54,773 nucleotides of DNA, taken from IMG/VR virus record IMGVR_UViG_3300042453_001089, positions 1 to 54,773 of that record; one strand, written 5' to 3'. Source of the DNA: a virus. Taxonomy: Duplodnaviria; Caudoviricetes. The notes below the pieces were generated by a model. That model worked only from the letters and a program-made list of their open reading frames with translations, searched no databases and was not told the origin of the DNA. Position 1 is the stretch's first letter, and each line of letters begins with the position of its first letter. Both the position numbers and the translations under genes were made by a program. Below are positions 1 through 7,047 of the stretch, one piece after another.

Positions 1-823
1 GTGGCAACAGAGTCTTCATCCTTTTTTGCTCCTCGTAGGCACCTTTCACACCGCACTGATCAGGGCACTCTTCGCAAGTGCCGATGTATGTGGATTGGTT
101 TTCGATGCTGACCCAGGCGCCGCCGCCCAGGTTGCGATGTCGATCAACCAAGATGTCGCCGGCCACGACCCGCGCGTCAGACGCTGGGATTCGCAGCGGG
201 TTGTCGATCACCAACTCGCCGGCCGTCTCAAATAGGCTTGCCTGTATCGCAGCCATGCGGCGGCCTTCTTCGGTGTCGCCAAACTTGCAGGACACGATGC
301 GAAGCAGCGACCGCATCCCAAAATCAAGGGACCGCCGCCACTCGCGAAGACGCAAGCGAAGTTCCGCCGGCGTGTCCATCGCTGAAACGGACGTGTTGAG
401 AACCGTGTTCGCGGATGCCATCCGACGCAGGTGATCGTCGTTCGATGCGATCCAATGCTTGGTGACGACGACCGGCGTTTTGAGTTTGCCCAGCCACTCG
501 CAAACCTCTGTCGTCAGATCCCAATCGTGGCAGGGATCGCCCATGTTTCCGATGCGAAACCACGTTGCCGGGTGGGCCACCAGCTGCCGCTCAATCACGC
601 GCCGTTCGCTGTCTTCAACCCGGCGGCTCACGCTGGTGGGGAAGTCGAAGCCGTACAGTTCCGCAGTCGAATTGGCGTAGCAGTGTCCGTAGCATCCGCC
701 CTTCGGCCTGGCCTTCATGCCAAGCGTGCAGCCCTTTACGGTGTCCACGTCGAGCACGCCCTTTCGGTTGCTGGACACTGTCAGCTTTGGCTTGTACTTC
801 TCAACAAACAGTCGCCGTACCAT
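1..823 (-). CDS. 5' part (radical-SAM-like domain) of the three-domain modification enzyme, allele A; runs off the window edge and continues at 51430 on circularisation
   Basis: Colinear with 51431..52253; ATG at 823 with an AAAGGA SD. Confidence 0.85.
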   Translation of the reverse strand, partial: MVRRLFVEKYKPKLTVSSNRKGVLDVDTVKGCTLGMKARPKGGCYGHCYANSTAELYGFDFPTSVSRRVEDSERRVIERQLVAHPATWFRIGNMGDPCHDWDLTTEVCEWLGKLKTPVVVTKHWIASNDDHLRRMASANTVLNTSVSAMDTPAELRLRLREWRRSLDFGMRSLLRIVSCKFGDTEEGRRMAAIQASLFETAGELVIDNPLRIPASDARVVAGDILVDRHRNLGGGAWVSIENQSTYIGTCEECPDQCGVKGAYEEQKRMKTLLP

Positions 824-844
824 CACGCATCCTTTCGTGTGTAT

Positions 845-996
845 TTGCCCGGTTACGCCGGGCGGGCGGTCGAGTCTCTGCGATCAGGAGGAACCGGTTT
901 GCGCGTCTCTCGACTGCCGGCGTTGAACCCCACTGGGCCGGCTATAGGGGCGAATGCTGGTGATGAGCCAGCTACGGCAATCGCGTGCCGGTGGTG
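845..996 (-). ncRNA. Structured RNA leader (hairpins plus probable pseudoknot), allele A
   Basis: Three compensatory base-pair swaps relative to 52273..52422. Confidence 0.6.
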
Positions 997-998
997 AT

Positions 999-1226
999 CT
1001 AGCGGGGTATCCGTTCGTTTTGGTCGAGTTCAAAAATCCGCTGGTTCTCCGCTCGTATGGCCCGTTCGTCGCGCCGCGTGTTGTGCCACGGCCCAACGTC
1101 CACGATCCATGGCGACGGCAGTTCGTCATCAAGCACTTTGCCAAGGTCCGTTTCCACCGTGAGCGGTTCGCTGATCCGTTGCCGGTACTGCTCGTCCGTC
1201 TCGAAGTCGCGTTTGAAATCAGCCAT
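999..1226 (-). CDS. Hypothetical protein (75 aa)
   Basis: GGAGG SD; near-identical protein at 52425..52652; coupled to recT. Confidence 0.8.
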   Translation of the reverse strand: MADFKRDFETDEQYRQRISEPLTVETDLGKVLDDELPSPWIVDVGPWHNTRRDERAIRAENQRIFELDQNERIPR

Positions 1227-2127
1227 GTGTCGCCACCTCCTCTGAGCCGATCAGGATCTCAGCCTTGCCGTGCAGCAGCTTGACCAGCTCGTCACGGTCG
1301 GCGTCGGTAAACACGCCTTCGGTGTGCCGCGTGCTGATGAGATCCCGCAGCGTGTCGCAGTCCTCGAGCGTCTTGGCTCGGCTCACGGCCAACCTGGCCT
1401 TGGCAACCGGGTCCGTGATCTCAGGCGGCTGACGCTTCGTCTTCAGCGTGACGGTGCTGGGCTGGTCCGTGACGATGTCGGGCGTGTGCGGCTCGAACGA
1501 CTCGACGTGGTGGACTTCCACGCCGGACGCGACCACCTGCGATTTGACGCCACGTGGACGAACGACCACGGGTTCGCGGGCCGGCTCAGGCGTCGGGTAG
1601 TCCTGTGCTTCCTCTGCCGTCACGAGCCCTTTCAACACGTCAGGGAAGGCGTCACGAAGAGCGAAGCCACGGGCACGCAGCTGGAGCATCCGTTTCGGAT
1701 ATTGCGTCCACGGGCCAGACTTGCCCCACAGCCCGGCCTTCTTGGCGTCGGCCACGCTGAACTGAACCGTGGTTGGCTTCGGGTAGCCACGCCGCTTCGC
1801 CTGACACTGGGCAACCATGGCATCGCCGTCGCCGGTCACTTCCTCCCAAACGAACTCGCACACCAGACTGCTCTGCACCAAGGCGAGGGCCGCATCGCCC
1901 CAAATGCTCGGGCGACCGTTGATGACAGCGATGCACTGCAGGCTTTGCATCGGGCCGAGTCCCAACTCGGCACCGTGCTGGCCAGCCAGCAAACACGCCT
2001 CCGGCTTGCCCTTGAAGTCTTTGGGCGCGAAGTCGGTCTTCGCCACCATCTGCCAAAAACGCCAGGCATCATCGAACGTCTGCAGGGCCAGCCCGCCGGC
2101 CCGTTGTGTGGTCAATTCCGTGGTCAT
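1219..2127 (-). CDS. recT: RecT/Red-beta-like ssDNA annealing protein, allele A
   Basis: GAELGLGPMQSLQCIAVINGRPSIWGD, AKKAGLWGK..PW.QYPKRML..RARGFALRDAFPDVLKG motifs. Confidence 0.8.
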   Translation of the reverse strand: MTTELTTQRAGGLALQTFDDAWRFWQMVAKTDFAPKDFKGKPEACLLAGQHGAELGLGPMQSLQCIAVINGRPSIWGDAALALVQSSLVCEFVWEEVTGDGDAMVAQCQAKRRGYPKPTTVQFSVADAKKAGLWGKSGPWTQYPKRMLQLRARGFALRDAFPDVLKGLVTAEEAQDYPTPEPAREPVVVRPRGVKSQVVASGVEVHHVESFEPHTPDIVTDQPSTVTLKTKRQPPEITDPVAKARLAVSRAKTLEDCDTLRDLISTRHTEGVFTDADRDELVKLLHGKAEILIGSEEVATHG

Positions 2128-2266
2128 CGTCGCGTCCTTTCGTGTGAATCCCTTTTGAAATCCCGCTCGGCGTCATGCGTTGCGGGTGCTTGTTGCGTCC
2201 TTGCTGCCCCGGTTCCACCGGGCTCCTTCTCCGTTCCGGTTCCACCGGGCCGGAGTCCTTTCCCGT
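2128..2266 (-). ncRNA. GGA-rich element, candidate CsrA/RsmA-binding RNA, allele A
   Basis: 11 GGA in 139 nt on the minus strand vs 1 on plus; two CCGGT-GGA-ACCGG hairpins. Confidence 0.55.
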
Positions 2267-2488
2267 CTAGTGCGTGATGTCCTGCGGCGAAACCGACAGC
2301 CACGCGCCGTCGCACTCAATCGCCAGCCAGCCACGATCAACCGCCATGACGTGGCCGCTCCAACGCTTGCCGGCAGTGCAGCCTGAGACGAAGTCGCCCA
2401 CGGCGGGTTCGCCTCTCGACCGGCTGCGCGGAGTCTGGTCGTGTATGCCAGCGATCGCCGCGAGGTACTCGTTGCGCGCTGCGTCCAT
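2267..2488 (-). CDS. Hypothetical protein (73 aa, small beta-barrel-like C-terminus)
   Basis: AAAGGA SD; conserved at 54453..54674. Confidence 0.8.
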   Translation of the reverse strand: MDAARNEYLAAIAGIHDQTPRSRSRGEPAVGDFVSGCTAGKRWSGHVMAVDRGWLAIECDGAWLSVSPQDITH

Positions 2489-2538
2489 GCTGTGTTCCTT
2501 TGTTCAGATGCCCAAGCAGGGCAGGGAAGATAAAAATT

Positions 2539-2552
2539 GGGGGGGGGGGGGG
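2539..2552. repeat. G14 homopolymer (G13 in copy B at 54724..54736)
   Basis: Direct count. Confidence 0.9.
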
Positions 2553-2654
2553 TGCAATTACCGTGCCGTTTGGCACTTGTTTTTCAGTGTTTTTTGACGT
2601 TGCGGAAAACTTTTGTAGCGGGCTCCTCACTCGTTTGTGGCGGGTCGTGCGGGT

Positions 2655-2682
2655 AATGTACGAACGTCCATCTAGCTTGCAA
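2655..2682 (-). promoter_or_regulatory. Putative sigma70 promoter TTGCAA-N16-TACATT overlapped by a TGTAC-N4-GTCCA palindrome
   Basis: AT-rich intergenic region upstream of the early operon. Confidence 0.5.
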
Positions 2683-2751
2683 GCGATGCTGTACAAAAAA
2701 CCATTCGACGGGCGTTTCGCTCTGTGTTTTGCGTGACGTTTTGCACAGTTG

Positions 2752-2791
2752 GTAGCGTCAGTTGGGCTATGGTGTAGCGTCAGTTGGGCTA
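2752..2791. promoter_or_regulatory. Tandem operator-like direct repeat GTAGCGTCAGTTGGGCTA x2
   Basis: Exact 18-nt repeat at 2752 and 2774; related sites inside the promoters at ~3887 and ~4245. Confidence 0.65.
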
Positions 2792-2935
2792 ACGTGCAAG
2801 AGCGCTGGCGATCCCGCACAGCAGTTCCAGCAGATCGTGGACTGCGCGAGCCGCCTGGGAGTCCGTGCCAAGCTCTTGGCCAAGACGCACCAGCGTCAGA
2901 GCGGTAATCGCGGCGTTGTAGTGGCGTTTCATTTT
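2789..2935 (-). CDS. Small hypothetical protein
   Basis: Overlaps the stop of the upstream gene; start uncertain. Confidence 0.5.
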   Translation of the reverse strand, partial: KMKRHYNAAITALTLVRLGQELGTDSQAARAVHDLLELLCGIASALAR

Positions 2936-3168
2936 CCAACCCTTGCGACGTTTTCGGGAGCGTATTCGCCTTTGCTCCAAAGGCGATCTTCAATTTCCGA
3001 TAGCTGGCGGCAGATGTCCTTCATCTGCTCTGCGTGCCCCCAGGTGAATTGCCTTCGGCCGCTGGCAACGTCTTCGTAGTCGCCACGAATCTTAATGGTC
3101 ATCGACTCGAGCAGCCCGACCGCGTAGCTGCACTGGCGTCCGTAGTCGTTTGTGGCTTCAGTGTTCAT
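2929..3168 (-). CDS. Hypothetical protein (79 aa)
   Basis: GGGAG SD; in a small-gene operon. Confidence 0.65.
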   Translation of the reverse strand: MNTEATNDYGRQCSYAVGLLESMTIKIRGDYEDVASGRRQFTWGHAEQMKDICRQLSEIEDRLWSKGEYAPENVARVGK

Positions 3169-3194
3169 CGGAGGCTCCCTTTGGTGATGGTGTG

Positions 3195-3237
3195 AAAAAG
3201 TGCCACCCGTTTCGCAGCTGTCGGCAGGCCGGGTGGC
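3195..3237 (-). terminator. Intrinsic terminator
   Basis: GCCACCCG/CGGGTGGC stem followed by a T-tract on the minus strand. Confidence 0.55.
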
Positions 3238-3251
3238 CCCACCGTGTGCGG

Positions 3252-3512
3252 TCAGAGGTTCATTGCCATAGCCACGACATACTTTGCCTCAAGCCTGCTC
3301 ATGGCTTTTGTCGTGACTCGGTAGCAGTGCCAGCCGGCCCGAAGTCCGCCGGGGAAGTCGTTCGCCGTGAGCGTCTTCGTGTGCGTGATGCCCTGCCCTT
3401 TCAAGGCAAGCGGCGTCCGCAGGTAGTAGTGCTCGCCGTAGTGGCCGAGCGAAGCCTCGATCTGCGTGTCAGCGGGAGCCTTCTCGTTCATCTCTGGGTA
3501 GTAGCAGTGCAT
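3252..3512 (-). CDS. Hypothetical protein (86 aa)
   Basis: ORF flanked by hairpins; AAGGGA SD. Confidence 0.7.
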   Translation of the reverse strand: MHCYYPEMNEKAPADTQIEASLGHYGEHYYLRTPLALKGQGITHTKTLTANDFPGGLRAGWHCYRVTTKAMSRLEAKYVVAMAMNL

Positions 3513-3581
3513 CTCGTTCGTTCCCTTGTGCTCGCGGTCGTGTTGCCCGCCGGCCCTGTTGCCGGCGGGCGGGGTGGTTGG

Positions 3582-3827
3582 TCAGGAAGCGAATCCAACG
3601 GCTTTCATTTGGTATCCGGTCATCTTGGCTTTGAACCAGTTTTGAATCTCGTATGCGGTGCCGTACTTGTCAGACTTGAAAGCAGCCTTTGGGAACCAAG
3701 CGACGTGCCGGCCGGTCTGAAGCTGAACCGCCCTTTCGGTTTCCTTAACGATGTTGACCGTGTTGCAGGTAGGATCCATCGGGCTCCAAGCGACATTTGC
3801 CGACCCATTGCTCCAGTTCAGATTCAT
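3582..3827 (-). CDS. Hypothetical protein
   Basis: GGAG SD before MNLNW; downstream of a strong promoter. Confidence 0.7.
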   Translation of the reverse strand: MNLNWSNGSANVAWSPMDPTCNTVNIVKETERAVQLQTGRHVAWFPKAAFKSDKYGTAYEIQNWFKAKMTGYQMKAVGFAS

Positions 3828-3878
3828 CGTTTCGTCTCCGGTTCGTGTCCCGCGAGTCTCATTCGCTCGCATGGGTGT

Positions 3879-3907
3879 AGTGTAGGGTATCGTCAGTTGG
3901 GCGTCAA
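3879..3907 (-). promoter_or_regulatory. Sigma70 promoter TTGACG-N17-TACACT with operator CCCAACTGACGATAC in the spacer
   Basis: Near-consensus hexamers, 17-nt spacer. Confidence 0.75.
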
Positions 3908-3953
3908 GTACATGAACGGAATTTTTTTAGGGGCGTTTTCAGCCGGGAAAACG

Positions 3954-4226
3954 CTACTTCTTTCGGCCGGGCTTCCGCCGCTTGGCCAGCGGACGCTTGG
4001 CAAGGTGCTTCTTGCCGACCGATCGGGTGGTCAAGCCGTCTCGGGCCGCCTTAGCCGCCTGGGCTGGAATCAGCCACACACGCTGCCCAATGCGACGTGC
4101 GCCGGGCAGTTTGCCTTCACCAAGCAGATGGCGAATCCAGCCTTCTGTGCAGCCCATCACCTCGGTTGCCTCGGCAACCGTGAGATATTCGCCGCCGTCG
4201 ATTTTCTGCGGGCTCATGCAAACCAT
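3954..4226 (-). CDS. Excisionase/MerR-like HTH DNA-binding protein (repressor or Xis)
   Basis: YLTVAEATEVMGCTEGWIRHLLGEGKLPGARRIGQRVWLIP; divergent from the integrase. Confidence 0.85.
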   Translation of the reverse strand: MVCMSPQKIDGGEYLTVAEATEVMGCTEGWIRHLLGEGKLPGARRIGQRVWLIPAQAAKAARDGLTTRSVGKKHLAKRPLAKRRKPGRKK

Positions 4227-4232
4227 GCCTTC

Positions 4233-4260
4233 ATGCTACATGCCAGCGTTAGTTAGTCAA
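4233..4260 (-). promoter_or_regulatory. Promoter TTGACT-N16-TAGCAT, 6 nt upstream of the HTH ATG (leaderless mRNA)
   Basis: Hexamers plus operator variant AACTAACGCT in the spacer. Confidence 0.55.
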
Positions 4261-4401
4261 ACCACCGGCATCCGCACCACATTTGCCTGCCGGCCAGCGC
4301 CGGGCGTATGGTGGTGGTGTACAGAACGCAGAGCGGAGGGCATGGGCATTGGCGTTTTGTACACCTGTATAGTGGTGGCAAAACGTCACTGGAGGTGTGC
4401 C

Positions 4402-5319
4402 ATGAAACTGCGGGAATTGCTTGTGGATCGTTATGCCGTGCTGCGGAACCTGTCGCCACGGAGCGTCGTGCTGTTTTCGCAGTCGATCGACCGTCTGCGT
4501 GACTTCCTTGGACGGGAACCGGAACTGTCCGATTTTGATGATTTGACGATCTCACGGTTTCTGCGCTGGCGGTCAACCACTCCGCACGCCGGGAGGCTGG
4601 CGTCTGCGGCCACGGTCCAGAAAGACAAGGCGCACCTTTCCAGCCTCTGGAACTTCGCCGCCCGCAAGCGAATGGCTCCAGACATGCAGTTCCCTGACTT
4701 GCCGCGCATCAAGGTGCCTAGGAAGCCGCCCAGGGGCTACAGCGTGGCAGAGGTATCAGCGATGGTCCGCGTGGCTCGCACCCGTTTTGGGACCATTGGC
4801 GGGGTTCCTGCGGCGGCGTTCTGGCCGCAGCTGCTGGAGGCCGCTTGGTACACAGGAGAGCGGATCGGCGGGCTGCTCGGCATCCGCTGGGCAGAGGTTG
4901 ATTTGGACCGCTGCACGCTCACGTTTCTAGGGCAGACCCGCAAGGGTGGCACGGACACAATCACTAGGTCGATTTCGCCTACGCTAGCGGCGCGGCTTCG
5001 CGCACGTCAGGGAAAGCCAGACGAACACGTGTGGCCGTGGCTCGATTTCCGCGTGGAACGCAGCATCTACTGCCGCATGAAGGCGATTTGCGTTGCGGCT
5101 GGCGTCACACCTCGAGGATTCCACGCGATCCGCAAGGCCAGCGGCAGCTACGTCAAAGCCGGCGGCGGCGATGCCACAGACCACCTGGGGCACGCCAACC
5201 CAAAGACCACGAAAGACCATTACCTAGACCCGAACATCACAGGGCAGCAGTCGGCACTGGACTTCCTGCCGCCGCTGGACTTGGACGGGCCGCATGGCGG
5301 CGATAGGCCGGCGGCGTAG
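4402..5319 (+). CDS. int: Tyrosine recombinase/integrase
   Basis: YTGERIG (R), RK, FHAIRK (HxxR), LGH, catalytic Y in TKDHY; GGAGG SD at 4391. Confidence 0.92.
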   Translation: MKLRELLVDRYAVLRNLSPRSVVLFSQSIDRLRDFLGREPELSDFDDLTISRFLRWRSTTPHAGRLASAATVQKDKAHLSSLWNFAARKRMAPDMQFPDLPRIKVPRKPPRGYSVAEVSAMVRVARTRFGTIGGVPAAAFWPQLLEAAWYTGERIGGLLGIRWAEVDLDRCTLTFLGQTRKGGTDTITRSISPTLAARLRARQGKPDEHVWPWLDFRVERSIYCRMKAICVAAGVTPRGFHAIRKASGSYVKAGGGDATDHLGHANPKTTKDHYLDPNITGQQSALDFLPPLDLDGPHGGDRPAA

Positions 5320-5343
5320 ACTCACCGCGAAAGGAGACAGCAA

Positions 5344-5619
5344 ATGGAATTACAGCAGACTTTAGCCGAATGGCTGGCCGAAGACGACCGCCGTTACGTC
5401 GTGATGCGACAGAGCACGCAGGCAAACGAAGATGGCACCACTACCGTCAGGGAAGGGCAGGTGCGATTCGACGTGTACTCACACCTTCCAGACGGGCGGC
5501 GAGTGGCGACCGGCGTGAGCTTTGCCAGCGAGATGCTGGAAGAACCGAGCGTTGGAGACTTCGTGCTGATGCAGGCAAAGTTGGCGACTGCGAATCTTCT
5601 GCGCGGGCAGGTGCAATGA
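5344..5619 (+). CDS. Hypothetical protein (91 aa)
   Basis: AAGGAG SD; follows the integrase. Confidence 0.7.
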   Translation: MELQQTLAEWLAEDDRRYVVMRQSTQANEDGTTTVREGQVRFDVYSHLPDGRRVATGVSFASEMLEEPSVGDFVLMQAKLATANLLRGQVQ

Positions 5620-5900
5620 TGGGACACATGAAAGACTTTGACCGTCGCATCCGCCAGGGCGGCGCCGACGCGATTGCGGCGGTGGGCGAGTTGATGCCGC
5701 AGTGGATTCCGGTGGGCGAGCGGCTGCCGGAAGATCGACAGCGAGTCCTTGCCTACTTGTCGCAGTTTATGGCTGGCGATTCGACGGACGTTTGCCAAGC
5801 CACGTTCAACGCAGATGTCGGCTGGTTTGAAACGCAGTTCGGCTGCTACACGGCGTCTCACTGGATGCCACTGCCCGAGCCGCCGGAGGTAACGAAATGA
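5616..5900 (+). CDS. DUF551-like protein
   Basis: WIPVGERLPE...SHWMPLPEPP signature; ATGA overlap. Confidence 0.85.
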   Translation: MMGHMKDFDRRIRQGGADAIAAVGELMPQWIPVGERLPEDRQRVLAYLSQFMAGDSTDVCQATFNADVGWFETQFGCYTASHWMPLPEPPEVTK

Positions 5901-6157
5901 GCGAAGACGAAGAAGACGACGGCCTTGATAGCGACGAGTCCAAGACGTGCGAGCGGTGCAGGTTCTTTCGCGAGATCGTCGTCGGAAAAGACGGTGAGTG
6001 CAGGAAGTACGCGCCTCAGCCGACACGAATGCGATTCGGCCCGCGCCGAAGTCCTGACGACCACTACGCGCCGGAGTGGCCTATTGTCACCACCGCAGAT
6101 TGGTGCGGCGACTTTGAGGAGCACCCGCACAAGGCTGGCAACTCATGGGGCGGGTAG
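5897..6157 (+). CDS. Small Cys-rich metal-binding protein
   Basis: CERCRFF..GECRKYAP..WP..DWCGDF; GGAGG SD. Confidence 0.75.
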   Translation: MSEDEEDDGLDSDESKTCERCRFFREIVVGKDGECRKYAPQPTRMRFGPRRSPDDHYAPEWPIVTTADWCGDFEEHPHKAGNSWGG

Positions 6158-6204
6158 CCCATTTCCCGGTTATTGCCTCACGGGCAATCAGCGTGAAATA
6201 GCGT

Positions 6205-6263
6205 GCCGGGCACTGGGGGCGGCGCGAGGAAAGGAGACTCGCACCACACACCCCAGGCCCGGC
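6205..6263. terminator. Long imperfect hairpin between convergent operons
   Basis: GCCGGGC/GCCCGGC, CTGGGG/CCCCAG, GCGAG/CTCGC stems. Confidence 0.5.
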
Positions 6264-6464
6264 TCACGTTTCGTCAGGCTCGCCCTGCTCGTCAAACGCC
6301 ATGCTGCGCAGGTCCGCGATCTCAGCAAGCAGGCGGTGCCGCTCGGTCAGCAGTCTCAGCACGTCAGCTGCCAGCGTGCCAGCCGTGCCCGTGTAGGCAC
6401 CGCTGAACCGGCGGGCGCGGTGCTCCATGTGGGCCAGGTCGTCGCCCGTCAGCGGTTCGCTCAT
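6264..6464 (-). CDS. Hypothetical protein (66 aa)
   Basis: ATGA overlap with the upstream small gene. Confidence 0.7.
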   Translation of the reverse strand: MSEPLTGDDLAHMEHRARRFSGAYTGTAGTLAADVLRLLTERHRLLAEIADLRSMAFDEQGEPDET

Positions 6465-6604
6465 TTTGCCACCATTGCCAATCCGACGTTCGCCAGCGCG
6501 TAGCCAAACCACGCGATAGCCATACCCGGCGACCCCTGCCGGTATTGGTCAAGGGACACGATTAGGTAGACGCCACCAACGGCGAGGATGAGCGGGGCGC
6601 TCAC
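6461..6604 (-). CDS. Small two-helix membrane protein (47 aa; not in the ORF track)
   Basis: Hand translation MSAPLILAVGGVYLIVSLDQYRQGSPGMAIAWFGYALANVGLAMVAK; 4-nt overlaps at both ends. Confidence 0.75.
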   Translation of the reverse strand: MSAPLILAVGGVYLIVSLDQYRQGSPGMAIAWFGYALANVGLAMVAK

Positions 6605-7047
6605 TGATGCTCCTCCCGGTGCAATAAAAGTGCCAGCAAACTGTAACTGGCCAGATCGGCCAAATTGTCCTCGAGCGACTCGTTCTCAAGGCGGCCCGTT
6701 GCATTGAACGTCGCCAATCGAGTCACCTTATCCGATAGCCGAACCATCGCAGCTTTCCACGAAGGGATGCCAACGAACTTCGCACCGTTGCGAATGTTGG
6801 CGAGCGGGTCGGTGCCAGACGGGCAACCGTAGTCGCTGCTCTTGCGTCTGTGCATCGCCTTGAGCGAATCGCAGAGATCGAAGAACGCCTGCGACGTTGG
6901 ATGCACTGGCGGGAGTCGCTTGTCGACGATCGCTCCAAAGTCCGCGAGCGTGTATTGATTCGTCGCAGCCGGCTGCTCATTTCCGGCGAGCCGCGTTTCG
7001 ACAGCGTGCCTCAGTGCGGCGTTGGAATCCTCGAGCGTTGCGGTCAT
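6601..7047 (-). CDS. DUF1599 / nucleotide-modification-associated domain protein
   Basis: RKSSDYG, RLSDKVTRL, ESLEDNLADLASYSLL motifs. Confidence 0.75.
   Translation of the reverse strand: MTATLEDSNAALRHAVETRLAGNEQPAATNQYTLADFGAIVDKRLPPVHPTSQAFFDLCDSLKAMHRRKSSDYGCPSGTDPLANIRNGAKFVGIPSWKAAMVRLSDKVTRLATFNATGRLENESLEDNLADLASYSLLALLLHREEHQ

Larger units (their letters stand above)
1..2588. repeat. Diverged direct duplication, copy A (copy B = 51431..54772)
   Basis: Exact match for 127 nt, then high but imperfect identity; same gene order; B has an extra mom gene and a different recT core. Confidence 0.95.

Noticed and set aside
1-2588. True direct terminal repeat of the virion DNA
   Set aside because: The copies are diverged and differ in gene content; P27 terS plus HNH points to cos packaging
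2752-2791. CRISPR mini-array
   Set aside because: Only two 18-nt repeats 4 nt apart; no spacers or cas genes
2337-2993. 218-aa ORF across the poly-C tract (and 54428..54760, 54202..54741)
   Set aside because: Crosses promoter/operators, overlaps better genes, and the frame is not conserved between alleles
3982-4401. N-terminal extension of the integrase in the ORF track
   Set aside because: Overlaps the divergent HTH gene; the GGAGG SD supports ATG at 4402
4261-4401. attP site
   Set aside because: No recognisable tRNA-like core or arm repeats; needs a host genome
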